A stretch of DNA of 64,000 bases from Bacteroidota bacterium (GCA_020437385.1 JAGQWL010000049.1:20827-84826); one strand, 5' to 3'. Positions 1 to 10,521 are shown, numbered from the stretch's first letter. Notes: generated by a model from the letters alone, not told the origin. Numbers and translations: made by a program.

Positions 1-18
1 CTAGATTTTTATCCACAG

Positions 19-624
19 ATGCTAAACGATCTACGCGAATACATCGGTGCCTCGATGAGCATCTACAGCCCACGCGAAGATGGGCTGTATGGGATGCTTG
101 CCGAGTTCCGGAATCCGGGCGAACTCGTCCACGCTGCGGAGGCCGTCCACAAGGCCGGCTATCGGCGATTCGATACGCACAGTCCGTTCCCGATTCACGG
201 AATGGACAAGGCGATGGGCCTCGGCAACTCGCTGGTTGGCGCATGGTCGCTCGGCGGCGGCCTTACGGGACTCGCAGCCGGCTACCTGCTGCAGTGGTGG
301 ACCGGAGCGGTCGACTACCCGATGGACATCAGTGGCAAGCCGGCCTTCGCGGTCGAGCCGTCCGTCCCTGTCATGTTCGAGCTGACGATTCTGTTCGCCG
401 CGCTTGGTGCGGTTATCGGGATGTTCGCCATGAACGGACTGCCGCGGCCGTACAATCCGCTCTTCAACTCCGAGCGCTTTGCTTCGGTCACCGACGATGG
501 GTTCTTTCTCCATGTTGCGGCATCCGACAAGAACTTTGATGTCGCGAGCACTGACGAGCTTCTTCGAAAGATCGGCGCACTTTCCGTCGAAAAACTCTAC
601 GACCTGGACGACACGGCCGAATAA
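19..624 (+). CDS. actD: Alternative complex III (ACIII) subunit ActD-like protein, DUF3341 family
   Basis: 201-aa ORF. The N-terminal module LYGMLAEF...AGYRRFDTHSPFPIHG followed by two hydrophobic helices is the DUF3341/ActD pattern. It is directly followed by a monoheme cytochrome c and a polytopic membrane subunit, as in act operons. ATG at 55 (MSIYSP) is an alternative start. Confidence 0.75.
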   Translation: MLNDLREYIGASMSIYSPREDGLYGMLAEFRNPGELVHAAEAVHKAGYRRFDTHSPFPIHGMDKAMGLGNSLVGAWSLGGGLTGLAAGYLLQWWTGAVDYPMDISGKPAFAVEPSVPVMFELTILFAALGAVIGMFAMNGLPRPYNPLFNSERFASVTDDGFFLHVAASDKNFDVASTDELLRKIGALSVEKLYDLDDTAE

Positions 625-656
625 CACGCGATCGTGGGACATCCCGCAACCGATTC

Positions 657-1271
657 ATGAACAACGTTCGACTACTGACATTCCTTTTTTCCGCGACCGT
701 GGTCCTCGGTGGATGCCGTCACACCTCGTCGGATAAACCGCCGATCCACATCAATCCGAACATGGATTTTCAGGAGCGGTTCGATCCGCAGGAGGCCTCG
801 TCCTTTTTCGCGGATGGCAGGGCCATGCGTCCGCAGGTCCCGGGCACGGTCGCTCGCGGCTTTCTGCGAGATGATTCGCGGTTCTACTTCGGAAGAGAGG
901 CGGATGGAAGCCTCGTCGTTCACGCACCCGTTCAGGTTACCGCCGACATCGTAAATCGCGGACGCGATCGCTACAACATCTACTGCAGCCCATGCCATGG
1001 AAAGGCAGGGGACGGGCAGGGTCCGATCATGACCGGCAACTACGGGTTCGTCCCGGCGCCGTCCTATCACACGGATGTGATGCGTGCGAATCCCGACGGC
1101 CACTACTTCGAGGTAATTACAAACGGCATCCGGACCATGCAGGGCTATGCACAGCAGATTCCGGTTGCCGACCGCTGGGCGATCGTGACCTACATTCGGG
1201 CGCTTCAGCTCGGTCAGAATGCGACGGCCGATGATGTGCCTGCCAGCGAGATGGCACGTATCGCGCAGTAA
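657..1271 (+). CDS. actE: ACIII monoheme cytochrome c subunit ActE (lipoprotein)
   Basis: 204-aa ORF with a lipoprotein-type signal ending LGGC and a single heme-binding motif CSPCHG. Position is immediately after ActD. Confidence 0.8.
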   Translation: MNNVRLLTFLFSATVVLGGCRHTSSDKPPIHINPNMDFQERFDPQEASSFFADGRAMRPQVPGTVARGFLRDDSRFYFGREADGSLVVHAPVQVTADIVNRGRDRYNIYCSPCHGKAGDGQGPIMTGNYGFVPAPSYHTDVMRANPDGHYFEVITNGIRTMQGYAQQIPVADRWAIVTYIRALQLGQNATADDVPASEMARIAQ

Positions 1272-1307
1272 CGAAAATCTTCAACGTACGAGAAACAGCG
1301 TCGCTTT

Positions 1308-2564
1308 ATGGCGAACACACTGAAATCATCGTTTGTGACCGGTTGGCTTCTGGATCCTTTCCAACCGACGGAGCAGCATGCCCGCGGACCTTTCCGTCCG
1401 GTGCTCAACAAGCTGCTCTGGATCGTGCCGCTTATGGTTGGGATTGCCGGTCTTGCAGTTGCTCTCGTCGGGCTGTCGGTCGACCGTGAACAGTTCTTCT
1501 TTTCGTATCTCGTCGGCTGGACGACGTGCCTGACAATTGCACTCGGCGCGCTGTTCTTCGTCCTGATCCAGCATCTCACCAAAGCTCGCTGGTCGGTCGT
1601 CGTGAGGCGTATCGCGGAAAGCCTGACCTGGTCGTTCCCGCTGCTCGCCCTTCTATCGCTTCCGATCTTCTTCGGGATGCATGACCTTTACCACTGGGCG
1701 CATCACGACGTGATGGATCCGTCCAGCCCGCATTTCGATCCGGTGCTGAAGGGAAAGGAATCGTATCTCAACGTGCCGTTTTTCATCGTGCGCGCAGTGA
1801 TCTACCTCGGCGGCTGGACACTGCTATCGTTCCTTCTCTATCGAACGTCACTGCGGCAGGATGTTGACGCCGATCCTTCGATTCCGGCCCGGCAGCGAAA
1901 GATCAGCGCCATCGGCCTGGCGTTCACTGCTGTTTCAACAGCCTTCGCGTCGTACGATTTCGTGATGTCGACGGACCCGCACTGGTTCTCGACAATCTTC
2001 GGCGTTTATTTCTTCGCGGCGTCCTTCTGGACGGCACATGCTGTTATCGCGCTCGCGGCCGTGCTGCTGCAGAAGAGCAACGGACTCAACGGCGTTGTGA
2101 CGGAGGAGCACTACCACGATCTCGGCAAGTTGATGTTCGGATTCACGGTATTCTGGACATACATCGCGTTTTCGCAGTACATGCTGATCTGGTACGGCAA
2201 TCTTCCGGAAGAAACGCTGTGGTATCGGGAGCGACTCGAACACGGATGGCAGACGCACTCGGCGATCTTGCTGCTCTTTCACTTCGTGGTGCCCTTCTGG
2301 GTGTTGCTCGCCCGGACGGTCAAGCGCAATGGAACGCTGCTTGCGGGCGTCGCCATCTGGTTCGTCCTGATGGACTGGTTTGATATGCATTGGCTGATTA
2401 TGCCGACGCATTCGCCGGAAGCAGGCATCAGCTGGATTACGCTTGCGGCAGGGATTGGCCTGCTTGGCATCTTTTTCAGTGCTTTCATGTACCGATTGAA
2501 TCGGCACAGCCTCGTTCCGCAGAACGACCCGAACATCGCGAAGTCAATCGTTTTTGCCACATAG
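1308..2564 (+). CDS. actF: ACIII polytopic membrane subunit ActF (NrfD/PsrC-like)
   Basis: 418-aa ORF with about ten hydrophobic segments. It occupies the ActF position after ActD and ActE and has strong third-position GC. Confidence 0.75.
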   Translation: MANTLKSSFVTGWLLDPFQPTEQHARGPFRPVLNKLLWIVPLMVGIAGLAVALVGLSVDREQFFFSYLVGWTTCLTIALGALFFVLIQHLTKARWSVVVRRIAESLTWSFPLLALLSLPIFFGMHDLYHWAHHDVMDPSSPHFDPVLKGKESYLNVPFFIVRAVIYLGGWTLLSFLLYRTSLRQDVDADPSIPARQRKISAIGLAFTAVSTAFASYDFVMSTDPHWFSTIFGVYFFAASFWTAHAVIALAAVLLQKSNGLNGVVTEEHYHDLGKLMFGFTVFWTYIAFSQYMLIWYGNLPEETLWYRERLEHGWQTHSAILLLFHFVVPFWVLLARTVKRNGTLLAGVAIWFVLMDWFDMHWLIMPTHSPEAGISWITLAAGIGLLGIFFSAFMYRLNRHSLVPQNDPNIAKSIVFAT

Positions 2565-2608
2565 GCAGCAGCGTCAGTCAGCCGAAATCGAGCAAGTAGA
2601 ATCTCAGA

Positions 2609-2965
2609 ATGGAAGAATCAGGACACGAGTTGCACATTGCCGCTGAGCCCGAAGGGCTCGAAGTCGGGCCGATCGTTGTTATGGTAACGACGCGCGTCAT
2701 CCTGCCGATCGTGGCTGCCGTGCTGCTCATCTTTCCGATCGCGAACCGCAACGTGATCCGCTACGAAATGGAGGCCACGGTCGAATCGGGCTTTCCGGTA
2801 AAGGACAACGCAGAGGCGGAGGCGGCTACGAAGCTGAATAACTATCGAGTCGTTGACCGTGCCGCGGGCGTCTACCAGATTCCGGTCGACCGCGCCATCG
2901 ACATCATGGTTGCGCAGGAGAAGCAAAACGCGGATCGTCGAATCTCGAACGTCCTGCCCAAATAG
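2609..2965 (+). CDS. Hypothetical single-pass membrane protein, possible small ACIII subunit (ActG-like)
   Basis: 118-aa ORF with one TM helix (VILPIVAAVLLIFPI) followed by a soluble tail. Composition is coding-like. The position fits ActG, but I recognise no diagnostic motif. Confidence 0.5.
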   Translation: MEESGHELHIAAEPEGLEVGPIVVMVTTRVILPIVAAVLLIFPIANRNVIRYEMEATVESGFPVKDNAEAEAATKLNNYRVVDRAAGVYQIPVDRAIDIMVAQEKQNADRRISNVLPK

Positions 2966-3042
2966 TTCAACGGGACACATTGCGGCGTTGCCGCATATCA
3001 GGACGTGTGTGATTTTCGACAGGACGCGTCCCAACGGTAGAA

Positions 3043-3918
3043 ATGCAGTTTTTCAGGCAAGCAGCTCCGATGCCGTCAACCATATTCGTGGTTGCGGCAC
3101 TTTCTTTTTCACTGGCACGCAGCGGTTCGGCGCAGGTCGACGCCAGGCTTGGTGCCACGTATGAAAAGGCCGGAGTCGTCGAGCACCTTGGCGACTACTT
3201 GCCGATGGACGTTCGATTCGCGAACGAGACAGGTGACTCACTTGTTATCGGTGATCTCTTCAACCGCGGGCGACCCGTCATTCTCAGCTTTGCGTACCAC
3301 GACTGCCCAATGCTCTGCAGTGTCGTACTTGACGGTGTCTCCAAGACATTGTCGAAGATGGACTGGATGCCCGGGGATCAGTTCGATGTCATTACCGTCA
3401 GTATCGCAGCAAATGAAACGCCGGATCTCGCCAGCCGCGCAAAAGAGCGTTTCGTATCGCAGGTTGGCAGGCCCGGTACTGACGCTGGATGGCATTTTCT
3501 GACGGGAAAGGAGGAGAATATCGAGAAGCTGGCGAACGCAGCGGGCTTCAAGTTCGAGTGGATCGAGCAGGCAGAGCAGTTTGTCCATCCAGCCGTTCTT
3601 ATATTTGTCGGTCCGGACGGAAAGATTACTCGTTATCTTTACGGAATCGAGTATCCCCCGAGAGACGTTCGCAATGCCCTCGTGGAGGCCTCTGAAGGAA
3701 CGATCGGTACCAGCCTTGACCGATTGATCCTTTTCTGTTTTCAGTACGATGCGACCGTGAGCGGTTATGTCCTCCAGGCGACGCGCCTGATGAAGCTTGG
3801 TGGAGGATTGATGATCGCCGCTCTGGTGCTTCTGTTTGTCGGGCTCCGACGACGGGAGCGCCGGGCGTCCTCGCAGTCAGCTCGAGTAGGACACGCCGCC
3901 CCTGCGGCACACACTTGA
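3043..3918 (+). CDS. SCO1/SenC family copper chaperone
   Basis: 291-aa ORF with a signal-like N-terminus, the thioredoxin-fold CxxxC motif HDCPMLC and a C-terminal TM anchor. It lies between the ACIII and oxidase genes. Confidence 0.8.
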   Translation: MQFFRQAAPMPSTIFVVAALSFSLARSGSAQVDARLGATYEKAGVVEHLGDYLPMDVRFANETGDSLVIGDLFNRGRPVILSFAYHDCPMLCSVVLDGVSKTLSKMDWMPGDQFDVITVSIAANETPDLASRAKERFVSQVGRPGTDAGWHFLTGKEENIEKLANAAGFKFEWIEQAEQFVHPAVLIFVGPDGKITRYLYGIEYPPRDVRNALVEASEGTIGTSLDRLILFCFQYDATVSGYVLQATRLMKLGGGLMIAALVLLFVGLRRRERRASSQSARVGHAAPAAHT

Positions 3919-3948
3919 TCAACAAGCAGTAACTAACAGTCAGTAAGC

Positions 3949-4872
3949 ATGGGAACCTTCTGGATGCCGGAGGGAGCCTCGACCATGTCGGGCGAGGTGG
4001 ATTCACTCTTCTACCTCGTGTACTGGATCTCGGTCGTGATCTTCATCGGAGTCGTCGCGGCGATGGCGTACTTCGCTATCAAGTATCGGCGGACGCGTGA
4101 GTCTTACGTTCCACCCATCGTCCACGAGAATCGGTTCCTGGAGGCGGCGATGATCTTCATCCCGCTCATCCTCACGATGGTTGTCTTCACGTTCGGTTTC
4201 AAAACGTACCTGAAGATGAACATCGCTCCGCCAACCGCCTACACGATCGAAGCGGTCGCGAGCCAGTGGAAGTGGGACTTCACGTACCCGAACGGAAAGC
4301 AGGTAACGGGTGAGCTCCACGTGCCGGAAGGCAAGCCCGTCAAGGTTCATTCGACGAGCATGGATGTCCTGCACAGCTTCTTTATCCCGCAATTCCGGGT
4401 GAAGCAGGACGTGGTGCCGAATCGATACTCCTCGGTCTGGTTTCAGGCTACGAAGGTCGACTCTTTCGACGTGTTCTGTACAGAGTATTGCGGGACATCG
4501 CACTCGGGCATGCTCGCAAAGGTTATCGTCCATAAACCGGAAGACTTCGAAGCCTGGCTGAACGCAGGCGACGACCGCCCGCTGGATGTGCAGGGCGAAT
4601 CGTTGTTCAAGGCGAACAGCTGTAACACCTGTCACTCGATCGATGGCTCCAGAATCGTCGGCCCGACATTCAAGGGCCTCTTCGGCAGCTCGCGTACGTT
4701 TGCGGACGGTACGACGCGTACTGCGGATGAAGACTACCTGCGTCAGTCCATTATGCAGCCTGGATCCGAGATCGTGGAGTCGTATCCGAACGTGATGCCG
4801 GCGTCGTACGGTACGACGCTGCGGCCCGACGACGTGACGAAGATCATTGAGTACATCAAGACCCTCAAGTAG
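3949..4872 (+). CDS. ctaC: Cytochrome c oxidase subunit II with fused cytochrome c domain (caa3-type)
   Basis: 307-aa ORF with two N-terminal TM helices, the CuA site [12 protein letters not shown] and a C-terminal heme c motif CNTCHS. Confidence 0.9.
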   Translation: MGTFWMPEGASTMSGEVDSLFYLVYWISVVIFIGVVAAMAYFAIKYRRTRESYVPPIVHENRFLEAAMIFIPLILTMVVFTFGFKTYLKMNIAPPTAYTIEAVASQWKWDFTYPNGKQVTGELHVPEGKPVKVHSTSMDVLHSFFIPQFRVKQDVVPNRYSSVWFQATKVDSFDVFCTEYCGTSHSGMLAKVIVHKPEDFEAWLNAGDDRPLDVQGESLFKANSCNTCHSIDGSRIVGPTFKGLFGSSRTFADGTTRTADEDYLRQSIMQPGSEIVESYPNVMPASYGTTLRPDDVTKIIEYIKTLK

Positions 4873-4877
4873 CACTC

Positions 4878-6563
4878 ATGAGCGAGACAGTGGCCGTTCC
4901 GGCGTCGATTGATACGTCGGTGCCGAAGAATTACCTGAATCACGACAAGTCGATCAAGTCGTGGCTCCTCACGCTGGACCACAAGCGTATCGCGCTTCTT
5001 TACCTCGTCACGATCTCGATCGTGTTCCTGGTAGCGGGGGTCCTGGCGTTGCTGGTTCGTGCGGAGTTGTTTACCGCCGGCGAAACGCTGATGAAACCGG
5101 ATACCTACAATCAGTTCTTCTCGTTGCACGGGATCCTGATGGTGTTCCTCTTCATTGTTCCATCGGTTCCGGCGATCATGGGCAACTTCGTGATGCCCAT
5201 GCAGCTCGGAGCGATCGACGTCGCCTTCCCACGGCTGAACCTTGCGAGCTACTACATCTATCTGATTGGTGGCGTTCTTGTTGTGACAGCGATCCTGGCG
5301 GGCAACATCGACACGGGCTGGACCTTCTACACTCCCTACTCGGCGCGGCTCGGATCAAGTGTCATCTTCATGACGCTCGCGGTATTTATCGCCGGCTTTT
5401 CGTCCATCCTCACCGGTCTGAACTTTATTGTCACGATCCACAAGATGCGTGCACCCGGGTTGACGTGGAACCGCCTTCCACTGTTCGTCTGGAGTATCTA
5501 TGCGACAAGCATCGTGCAGGTGCTCGCGACTCCCGTGATCGGCATCACGATGCTGCTTCTGCTGCTTGAGAAGACCCTGCAGATTGGCATCTTCGATCCT
5601 GCCCTCGGCGGTGACCCGATCCTCTTCCAGCACTTCTTCTGGTTCTATTCGCACCCGGCCGTCTATATCATGATTCTGCCTGCGTTCGGTATCATCTCAG
5701 ATCTGATGGGCGTCTTCTCGCGGCACGAGGTGCAGGGTTACAAGTTTGTTGCGTTGAGCTCGGTAGCGATCGCATTTCTCGGATTCCTCGTTTGGGGACA
5801 CCACATGTTCGTCTCGGGACAGTCCGCAATCTCGTCGATCGTGTTCTCCCTGATCACCTACCTGATCGGCATCCCGACCGGCGTGAAGGTCCTCAACTGG
5901 GTCGGAACGATGTACCGCGGCTCGGTCTCCTTCAAGACGCCAATGCTGTACGCGTTGAGCTTCCTGTTCCTGTTTACGATTGGTGGACTCACCGGCGTGG
6001 CGCTCGGTGTATTGGGGCTCGACATCCATCTTCACGACACGTACTTCGTTGTGGCGCACTTCCACTATGTGATGATGGGAGGGACGGTCATCGCCGCAAT
6101 CGGCGGACTCCACTACTGGTGGCCGAAGATCACCGGGAAGATGTACAACGAGACCATGGGGAGTATCGCGGCCGTCCTGATCTTCATCGGTTTCAACGTG
6201 ACGTTCTTCACGCAGTTTGTCCTGGGCACGAAGGGAATGCCGCGCAGGTACTACGATTACCAGATTCAGTACGAGGCGCTTCATCAGATCTCGACTGTCG
6301 GATCGTGGATCCTCGCTTCGGGTCTTTTCCTCGTGCTGTTTACGTTTATCCACTCTTTGATGAAGGGCAAGAAGGCGGGATCGAACCCCTGGGGAGCCGC
6401 AACGCTTGAGTGGACCCATACTGCGTCGCCGCCGTCTCCGCATAATTTCGACGAGCAGCCGATCGTCACGCACGGCCCCTACGACTATCACGCGCTCGCC
6501 CGTGTCAGTGGTGACGGCGCCGCACAGACCTCTGAACCCGAACTGTCTGAGTCGCGTCACTAG
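4878..6563 (+). CDS. ctaD: Cytochrome c oxidase subunit I
   Basis: 561-aa 12-TM protein with the conserved blocks [26 protein letters not shown] and [10 protein letters not shown]. Confidence 0.95.
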   Translation: MSETVAVPASIDTSVPKNYLNHDKSIKSWLLTLDHKRIALLYLVTISIVFLVAGVLALLVRAELFTAGETLMKPDTYNQFFSLHGILMVFLFIVPSVPAIMGNFVMPMQLGAIDVAFPRLNLASYYIYLIGGVLVVTAILAGNIDTGWTFYTPYSARLGSSVIFMTLAVFIAGFSSILTGLNFIVTIHKMRAPGLTWNRLPLFVWSIYATSIVQVLATPVIGITMLLLLLEKTLQIGIFDPALGGDPILFQHFFWFYSHPAVYIMILPAFGIISDLMGVFSRHEVQGYKFVALSSVAIAFLGFLVWGHHMFVSGQSAISSIVFSLITYLIGIPTGVKVLNWVGTMYRGSVSFKTPMLYALSFLFLFTIGGLTGVALGVLGLDIHLHDTYFVVAHFHYVMMGGTVIAAIGGLHYWWPKITGKMYNETMGSIAAVLIFIGFNVTFFTQFVLGTKGMPRRYYDYQIQYEALHQISTVGSWILASGLFLVLFTFIHSLMKGKKAGSNPWGAATLEWTHTASPPSPHNFDEQPIVTHGPYDYHALARVSGDGAAQTSEPELSESRH

Positions 6564-6605
6564 GCGTCCTCGGCAAGTTCTTTCTGTAACCGCAATCAGT
6601 ACGAC

Positions 6606-7274
6606 ATGTCAGCACCGGTAACACATGCTGCGCACCATCCAAAGCAGCAGCATCACTTCGCGTCGATGGATCAGCAATTCGACGCCTCGAAGATGGGGAT
6701 GTGGATCTTCCTTGTGACGGAAGTCCTGCTGTTCTCGGGGATGTTTGTAGCGTACACGGTCTATCGCGTATGGCACCCGGAGACGTTTGACCTGCTTAGC
6801 GGCGCGCTGGATTGGCGGCTCGGCGGTTTTAATACACTCGTTCTGCTGGGTTCTTCGTTCACGGTGGCGATGTCGATCCATTCGATCCAGAAGAGCGACA
6901 AGAAAGCGACGGTGATGTACCTCGTGATCACGCTGATCTGCGCCGCCGCGTTCATGGTCGTCAAATACATCGAGTACACCACGAAGTTTGAGCACGGCGT
7001 GTTTCCCGGGGCGCACTTCGCGCCGCATGGCGAACACTACGCCCCGTTTGACGTGCCGTATGCGCCTCAGTTCTTCTCGATCTACTTCGTCATGACCGGC
7101 ATCCACGGGGTTCACGTGCTCGTCGGGATGGGCGTGATCGCCTGGATCGCCATCCGGACGGCGAAGGGGCACTTCGATTCGCAGTACTACACACCCATCG
7201 AGCTGACGGGACTGTACTGGCACCTTGTCGACATTATCTGGATTTTCCTCTTCCCGCTTCTGTACCTCATTTAA
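6606..7274 (+). CDS. ctaE: Cytochrome c oxidase subunit III
   Basis: 222-aa ORF with GMWIFLVTEVLLFSG near the N-terminus and YWHLVDIIWIFLFPLLYL at the C-terminus. Both are typical of subunit III. Confidence 0.9.
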   Translation: MSAPVTHAAHHPKQQHHFASMDQQFDASKMGMWIFLVTEVLLFSGMFVAYTVYRVWHPETFDLLSGALDWRLGGFNTLVLLGSSFTVAMSIHSIQKSDKKATVMYLVITLICAAAFMVVKYIEYTTKFEHGVFPGAHFAPHGEHYAPFDVPYAPQFFSIYFVMTGIHGVHVLVGMGVIAWIAIRTAKGHFDSQYYTPIELTGLYWHLVDIIWIFLFPLLYLI

Positions 7275-7292
7275 TTAGGCATTTAATTAGGC
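7269..7292. repeat. Perfect 12-bp tandem duplication (ATTTAATTAGGC x2) spanning the ctaE stop codon
   Basis: Read directly: atttaattaggc at 7269-7280 and again at 7281-7292. The ctaE TAA (7272-7274) lies in copy 1. Confidence 0.9.
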
Positions 7293-7356
7293 CCAAGCGG
7301 AATCGATCGCCGACCTTCGGGTCCGCTCACTCTAACGCTTCCTCCAAAAGTCTGCA

Positions 7357-7764
7357 ATGGATCACGCGTCTCACGGTCACCACATCACGCCCAAGTCTCT
7401 GCTGATCAAGGTCTTCGGCTCACTGATTCTCTTGACGATCCTCACGGTTGCTGTCTCTCGAGTCCATCTTGGCGCACTGAACGTGCCGGTCGCGATTGCA
7501 ATCGCCGTCGTTAAGATGATGCTCGTCGTGACGGTGTTTATGGCCGTCAAATGGGACAACAAGGTGAATGCGCTGGTGATCGGATTGAGCGCATTGTTTG
7601 TCTCGATTTTTCTGATTTTCACGCTCTTCGATACCGCTTACCGCGGTGATCTGTCGAACGTGGATCGGGTCCCGATCTCGGATCAACAGCGGCAACAAAG
7701 CGCCGAAATGGCTCCGGCCGATGCCGGCGCCGCAGCCTCTGAGATGCCGGCATCGGGCCACTAG
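7357..7764 (+). CDS. Cytochrome c oxidase subunit IV-like small membrane protein
   Basis: 135-aa ORF with the N-terminal HGHHITPKS motif followed by three TM helices, as in bacterial oxidase subunit IV proteins. It is the last gene of the oxidase block and has an Ala-rich C-terminal tail. Confidence 0.75.
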   Translation: MDHASHGHHITPKSLLIKVFGSLILLTILTVAVSRVHLGALNVPVAIAIAVVKMMLVVTVFMAVKWDNKVNALVIGLSALFVSIFLIFTLFDTAYRGDLSNVDRVPISDQQRQQSAEMAPADAGAAASEMPASGH

Positions 7765-7916
7765 GTCCGCTGAGGCTTAACAGAATTTGCATAAAGCAGT
7801 ATCGCGTTTTGCCTCTTGATCGCCTAAGTTCTTCCATTCAGACAGCCGCTCGCGCTCGTTTTCCCTGCGGCGCGCGCTAGTGCCAATCGACAAGAATCCC
7901 GTGTCGATCCACCGGT

Positions 7917-8258
7917 TTGGGCAAGTGGTTGTTTCCCAAGGCTTTCTTAGAGATGCTTCTTTTCCTCACGCTCGTCGCGATACCGATCGTGTTCTGCATG
8001 ATCTCGTGGGTGGTGTTTACCACTTCGCGGATATGCCGCTTCGAGGACACACACGCAGCAGAGCAGTACGCACTGCAGGCCAGACGCCGCATTCGTGAGG
8101 CCGCCGCGTCGTCAATCCGCGTAGGATCTGCTACCATACAGGACGAACTGGGCCTGCAGGTTGCATCGGGCTACGCCAAGTCGTACCAGCTTCGATACGA
8201 CAAATCATCGGGAATCCCTTCACTCTGGCACGACGAGCTTTGGACTCGCCGGAACTGA
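7917..8258 (+). CDS. Hypothetical protein with one N-terminal TM helix
   Basis: 113-aa ORF. The track start is TTG; an in-frame ATG lies at 7953. Third positions are mostly G/C. No recognisable domain. Confidence 0.35.
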   Translation: MGKWLFPKAFLEMLLFLTLVAIPIVFCMISWVVFTTSRICRFEDTHAAEQYALQARRRIREAAASSIRVGSATIQDELGLQVASGYAKSYQLRYDKSSGIPSLWHDELWTRRN

Positions 8259-8293
8259 AAGCGCTTCTAGCCAGATTCAGGGCGTGACTGCCG

Positions 8294-8905
8294 CTACTCC
8301 CTGGTGAAGGGAACGGCCGTGTCCATCAGAAAGGTCGAGAGGGCTTCGTACGCCGCCTCCGCAGCCGGAGACCGCGGGTCGTCCTCCACCGTCGCGAGTC
8401 CCGTAACCAACTTTACGATCGAGCAGGGCACGCCGTGCGTAGCGGCAACATAGGCGAGCGGATAGCCGATCGAGTCCGTGATGTCCGCGATTCGCTGCCA
8501 GTAGGTGAGATCCTTTCCTTCCTTGACGCTGTGGTCCTGCGTCACCAGACGCCGTTCGACGATCGACTTGAACGGGTTGTCCAGGGGCATCCGCGGATAC
8601 GTTGGAGCGGAGAGTTCGACCCTGTCGCCCTCGAAAACCTGACCTACTGAAACGAGTGTTCCTTCCGGCAGGTCCTCAACGAGTGCCCTCGCGGTGCCTG
8701 CATGAATAAGTCGCTGCAGCTTTTGTTGACGCAGGAGTCTTTCCGTGCGAAGTGTGGCCTTGATTTTGCCGACGCCGATGATGGTTACGAGAATGGAATC
8801 GTCCTGCACGGTCTCATCCTCAGCCAGACCGTCGAAGCGGCCCCTGCCGTAATTCTTGAGGAACGGTCTTGCCTCCTCGACGGATGCAAAAACAAATCCG
8901 GTCAT
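8294..8905 (-). CDS. Nucleoside phosphorylase superfamily protein (MTA/SAH nucleosidase- or futalosine hydrolase-like)
   Basis: The track ORF 8294..9124 overlaps metF. I trimmed it to the internal ATG (CAT at 8903-8905), giving 203 aa starting MTGFVFASVEEARPF. The layout (small beta-alpha N-terminus, IIGVGK, C-terminal D..G.P.A motifs) resembles the PNP_UDP_1 family. Assignment is by eye only. Confidence 0.55.
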   Translation of the reverse strand: MTGFVFASVEEARPFLKNYGRGRFDGLAEDETVQDDSILVTIIGVGKIKATLRTERLLRQQKLQRLIHAGTARALVEDLPEGTLVSVGQVFEGDRVELSAPTYPRMPLDNPFKSIVERRLVTQDHSVKEGKDLTYWQRIADITDSIGYPLAYVAATHGVPCSIVKLVTGLATVEDDPRSPAAEAAYEALSTFLMDTAVPFTRE

Positions 8906-8987
8906 TTCGTATTTAAAGGCGTCTGGTGCACGTGACTTACTCTGAAAGACCGGCCGATACACGCTACCGTTTCGTCCGATACCCTCA

Positions 8988-9944
8988 ATGAAGATAACCG
9001 AACTGCTTGATAACCGGAAGGAGACGCTGATCTCGTACGAGATTATCCCGCCGGCACGCGGTGGATCCATCCGCGAGATTCTCGACATTGTCGAGGAGCT
9101 CGCCCCGTTCGATCCTCCGTTCATTGACGTGACGAGTCACAGTGCGCAAGTGGACTATGAGGAGATGCCGGACGGAACGTGGCGTCGCCGCGTCAAGCGA
9201 AAGCGTCCCGGCACACTTGGGTTGTGCGCGTCCATCCGCGGCCGCTACGGCATTGAGACGGTTCCGCACCTGCTGTGCGAAGGCTTTACACGAGAGGAAA
9301 CCGAGGACGCGTTGATCGAACTCAATTACCTCGGCATCACGAACATCATGGCGCTGCGAGGGGACGAGAGCGGGTACTCAAAACCGATCCCGGCGAGCCG
9401 CTCGCGCAACGAATACGCTGTCGATCTCGTCCGCCAGATCTCCGACATGAATGCCGGGAAGTATCTCGAGCCCCTGATAGATCCCGCACCGGCAGACTTC
9501 TGCATTGGCGTGGCCGGCTATCCCGAGAAGCACTTTCAGGCGCCCAACATCTCGTGGGACATCGCCAATCTGAAGAAGAAGGTCGAAGCGGGCGCGTCCT
9601 ACATTACGACGCAGATGTTCTTCGACAATCGCTACTTCTTCGAGTTTGTCGATCGTTGTCGCGCAGCCGGAATTACGGTTCCGATCATTCCGGGACTGAA
9701 AATCATCGCCTCCAAGCGCCAGATGCGTCTGCTGCCTGCGAACTTCTACATCGACATTCCCGAAGAATTGTCGCAGGAGGTAGACGCATGCGATGATCGC
9801 CACGTTTCAGAGATTGGAATCGCGTGGGCAGTCAAGCAGGCGGGCGAACTCATTTCGGCCGGCGTACCCTGTCTACATTTCTATATCATGAAGACGGCAA
9901 AGCATGCGAAACAGGTTGTCGCCAGATTGCGCCAATATGCGTGA
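8988..9944 (+). CDS. metF: Methylenetetrahydrofolate reductase
   Basis: 318-aa ORF with the MetF blocks SYEIIPP, VPHLLCEGFTREE, NIMALRGD and GYPEKH. Confidence 0.9.
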   Translation: MKITELLDNRKETLISYEIIPPARGGSIREILDIVEELAPFDPPFIDVTSHSAQVDYEEMPDGTWRRRVKRKRPGTLGLCASIRGRYGIETVPHLLCEGFTREETEDALIELNYLGITNIMALRGDESGYSKPIPASRSRNEYAVDLVRQISDMNAGKYLEPLIDPAPADFCIGVAGYPEKHFQAPNISWDIANLKKKVEAGASYITTQMFFDNRYFFEFVDRCRAAGITVPIIPGLKIIASKRQMRLLPANFYIDIPEELSQEVDACDDRHVSEIGIAWAVKQAGELISAGVPCLHFYIMKTAKHAKQVVARLRQYA

Positions 9945-9964
9945 GGGCGGCATCGACGGATGAT

Positions 9965-10279
9965 CTACCGCATGAAGTCCTTGTTCTTGCTGCGCAGCTT
10001 CTCCTTGTAACGCATCAGTTGCCGGCGCATCCGTTCGGCCGCGGCATCCATTGCGGATTCGATGGTGTCGCCCTCGGCCTGTGAGACCAGCGTCTGCCGA
10101 AACACGTTCACATTCAGTTCGGCGATCTTGCTGCTCGACGAACTGCTGCTGTGATCAAGTATGACCTGCGTGTCCGTTATTCCATCGTAGTACTGAGTCA
10201 GTTTCGAAACCTTCTCTTCAATCTCTCGCTTCTGGGATTCACCAAGTGAGAAGCGACGCGACGTGATTCTGACTTCCAT
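9965..10279 (-). CDS. hpf: Ribosome hibernation promoting factor / RaiA family (short form)
   Basis: 104-aa ORF. MEVRITSRRFSL...EIEEKVSKL...V.L matches the S30AE/RaiA fold pattern. Confidence 0.85.
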   Translation of the reverse strand: MEVRITSRRFSLGESQKREIEEKVSKLTQYYDGITDTQVILDHSSSSSSSKIAELNVNVFRQTLVSQAEGDTIESAMDAAAERMRRQLMRYKEKLRSKNKDFMR

Positions 10280-10521
10280 AGGAGAATTGCCTGGTTAATG
10301 AGAGTTGTCCTCCATCTCGATTCTACATCTGAGCCGAAGTAGATCCTCGAAACGCAGTCTCGTCTACAGTCACAAGACCTACTACAAGCTTCCTCGATAT
10401 CATACGAGCATTCCGGAAAGTGGATTCCATCGTTCGATCCGGGTCGCCCATTCAATTCAATGAAGCGCCTGGATGGTAGATTGTCAACCGTCCGGATACT
10501 GGAATAATCGACCGGTCAGGC

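Noticed and set aside
9-17. Perfect DnaA box TTATCCACA at the very start of the window
   Set aside because: It is a single 9-mer inside the act operon, just upstream of actD. One perfect match in 128 kb of two-strand sequence is roughly what chance predicts. There is no cluster, no AT-rich unwinding element and no dnaA nearby.
8906-8987. Possible SAM riboswitch in the metF leader
   Set aside because: Only 82 nt are available, and none of the SAM-I/SAM-II conserved blocks can be found by eye.
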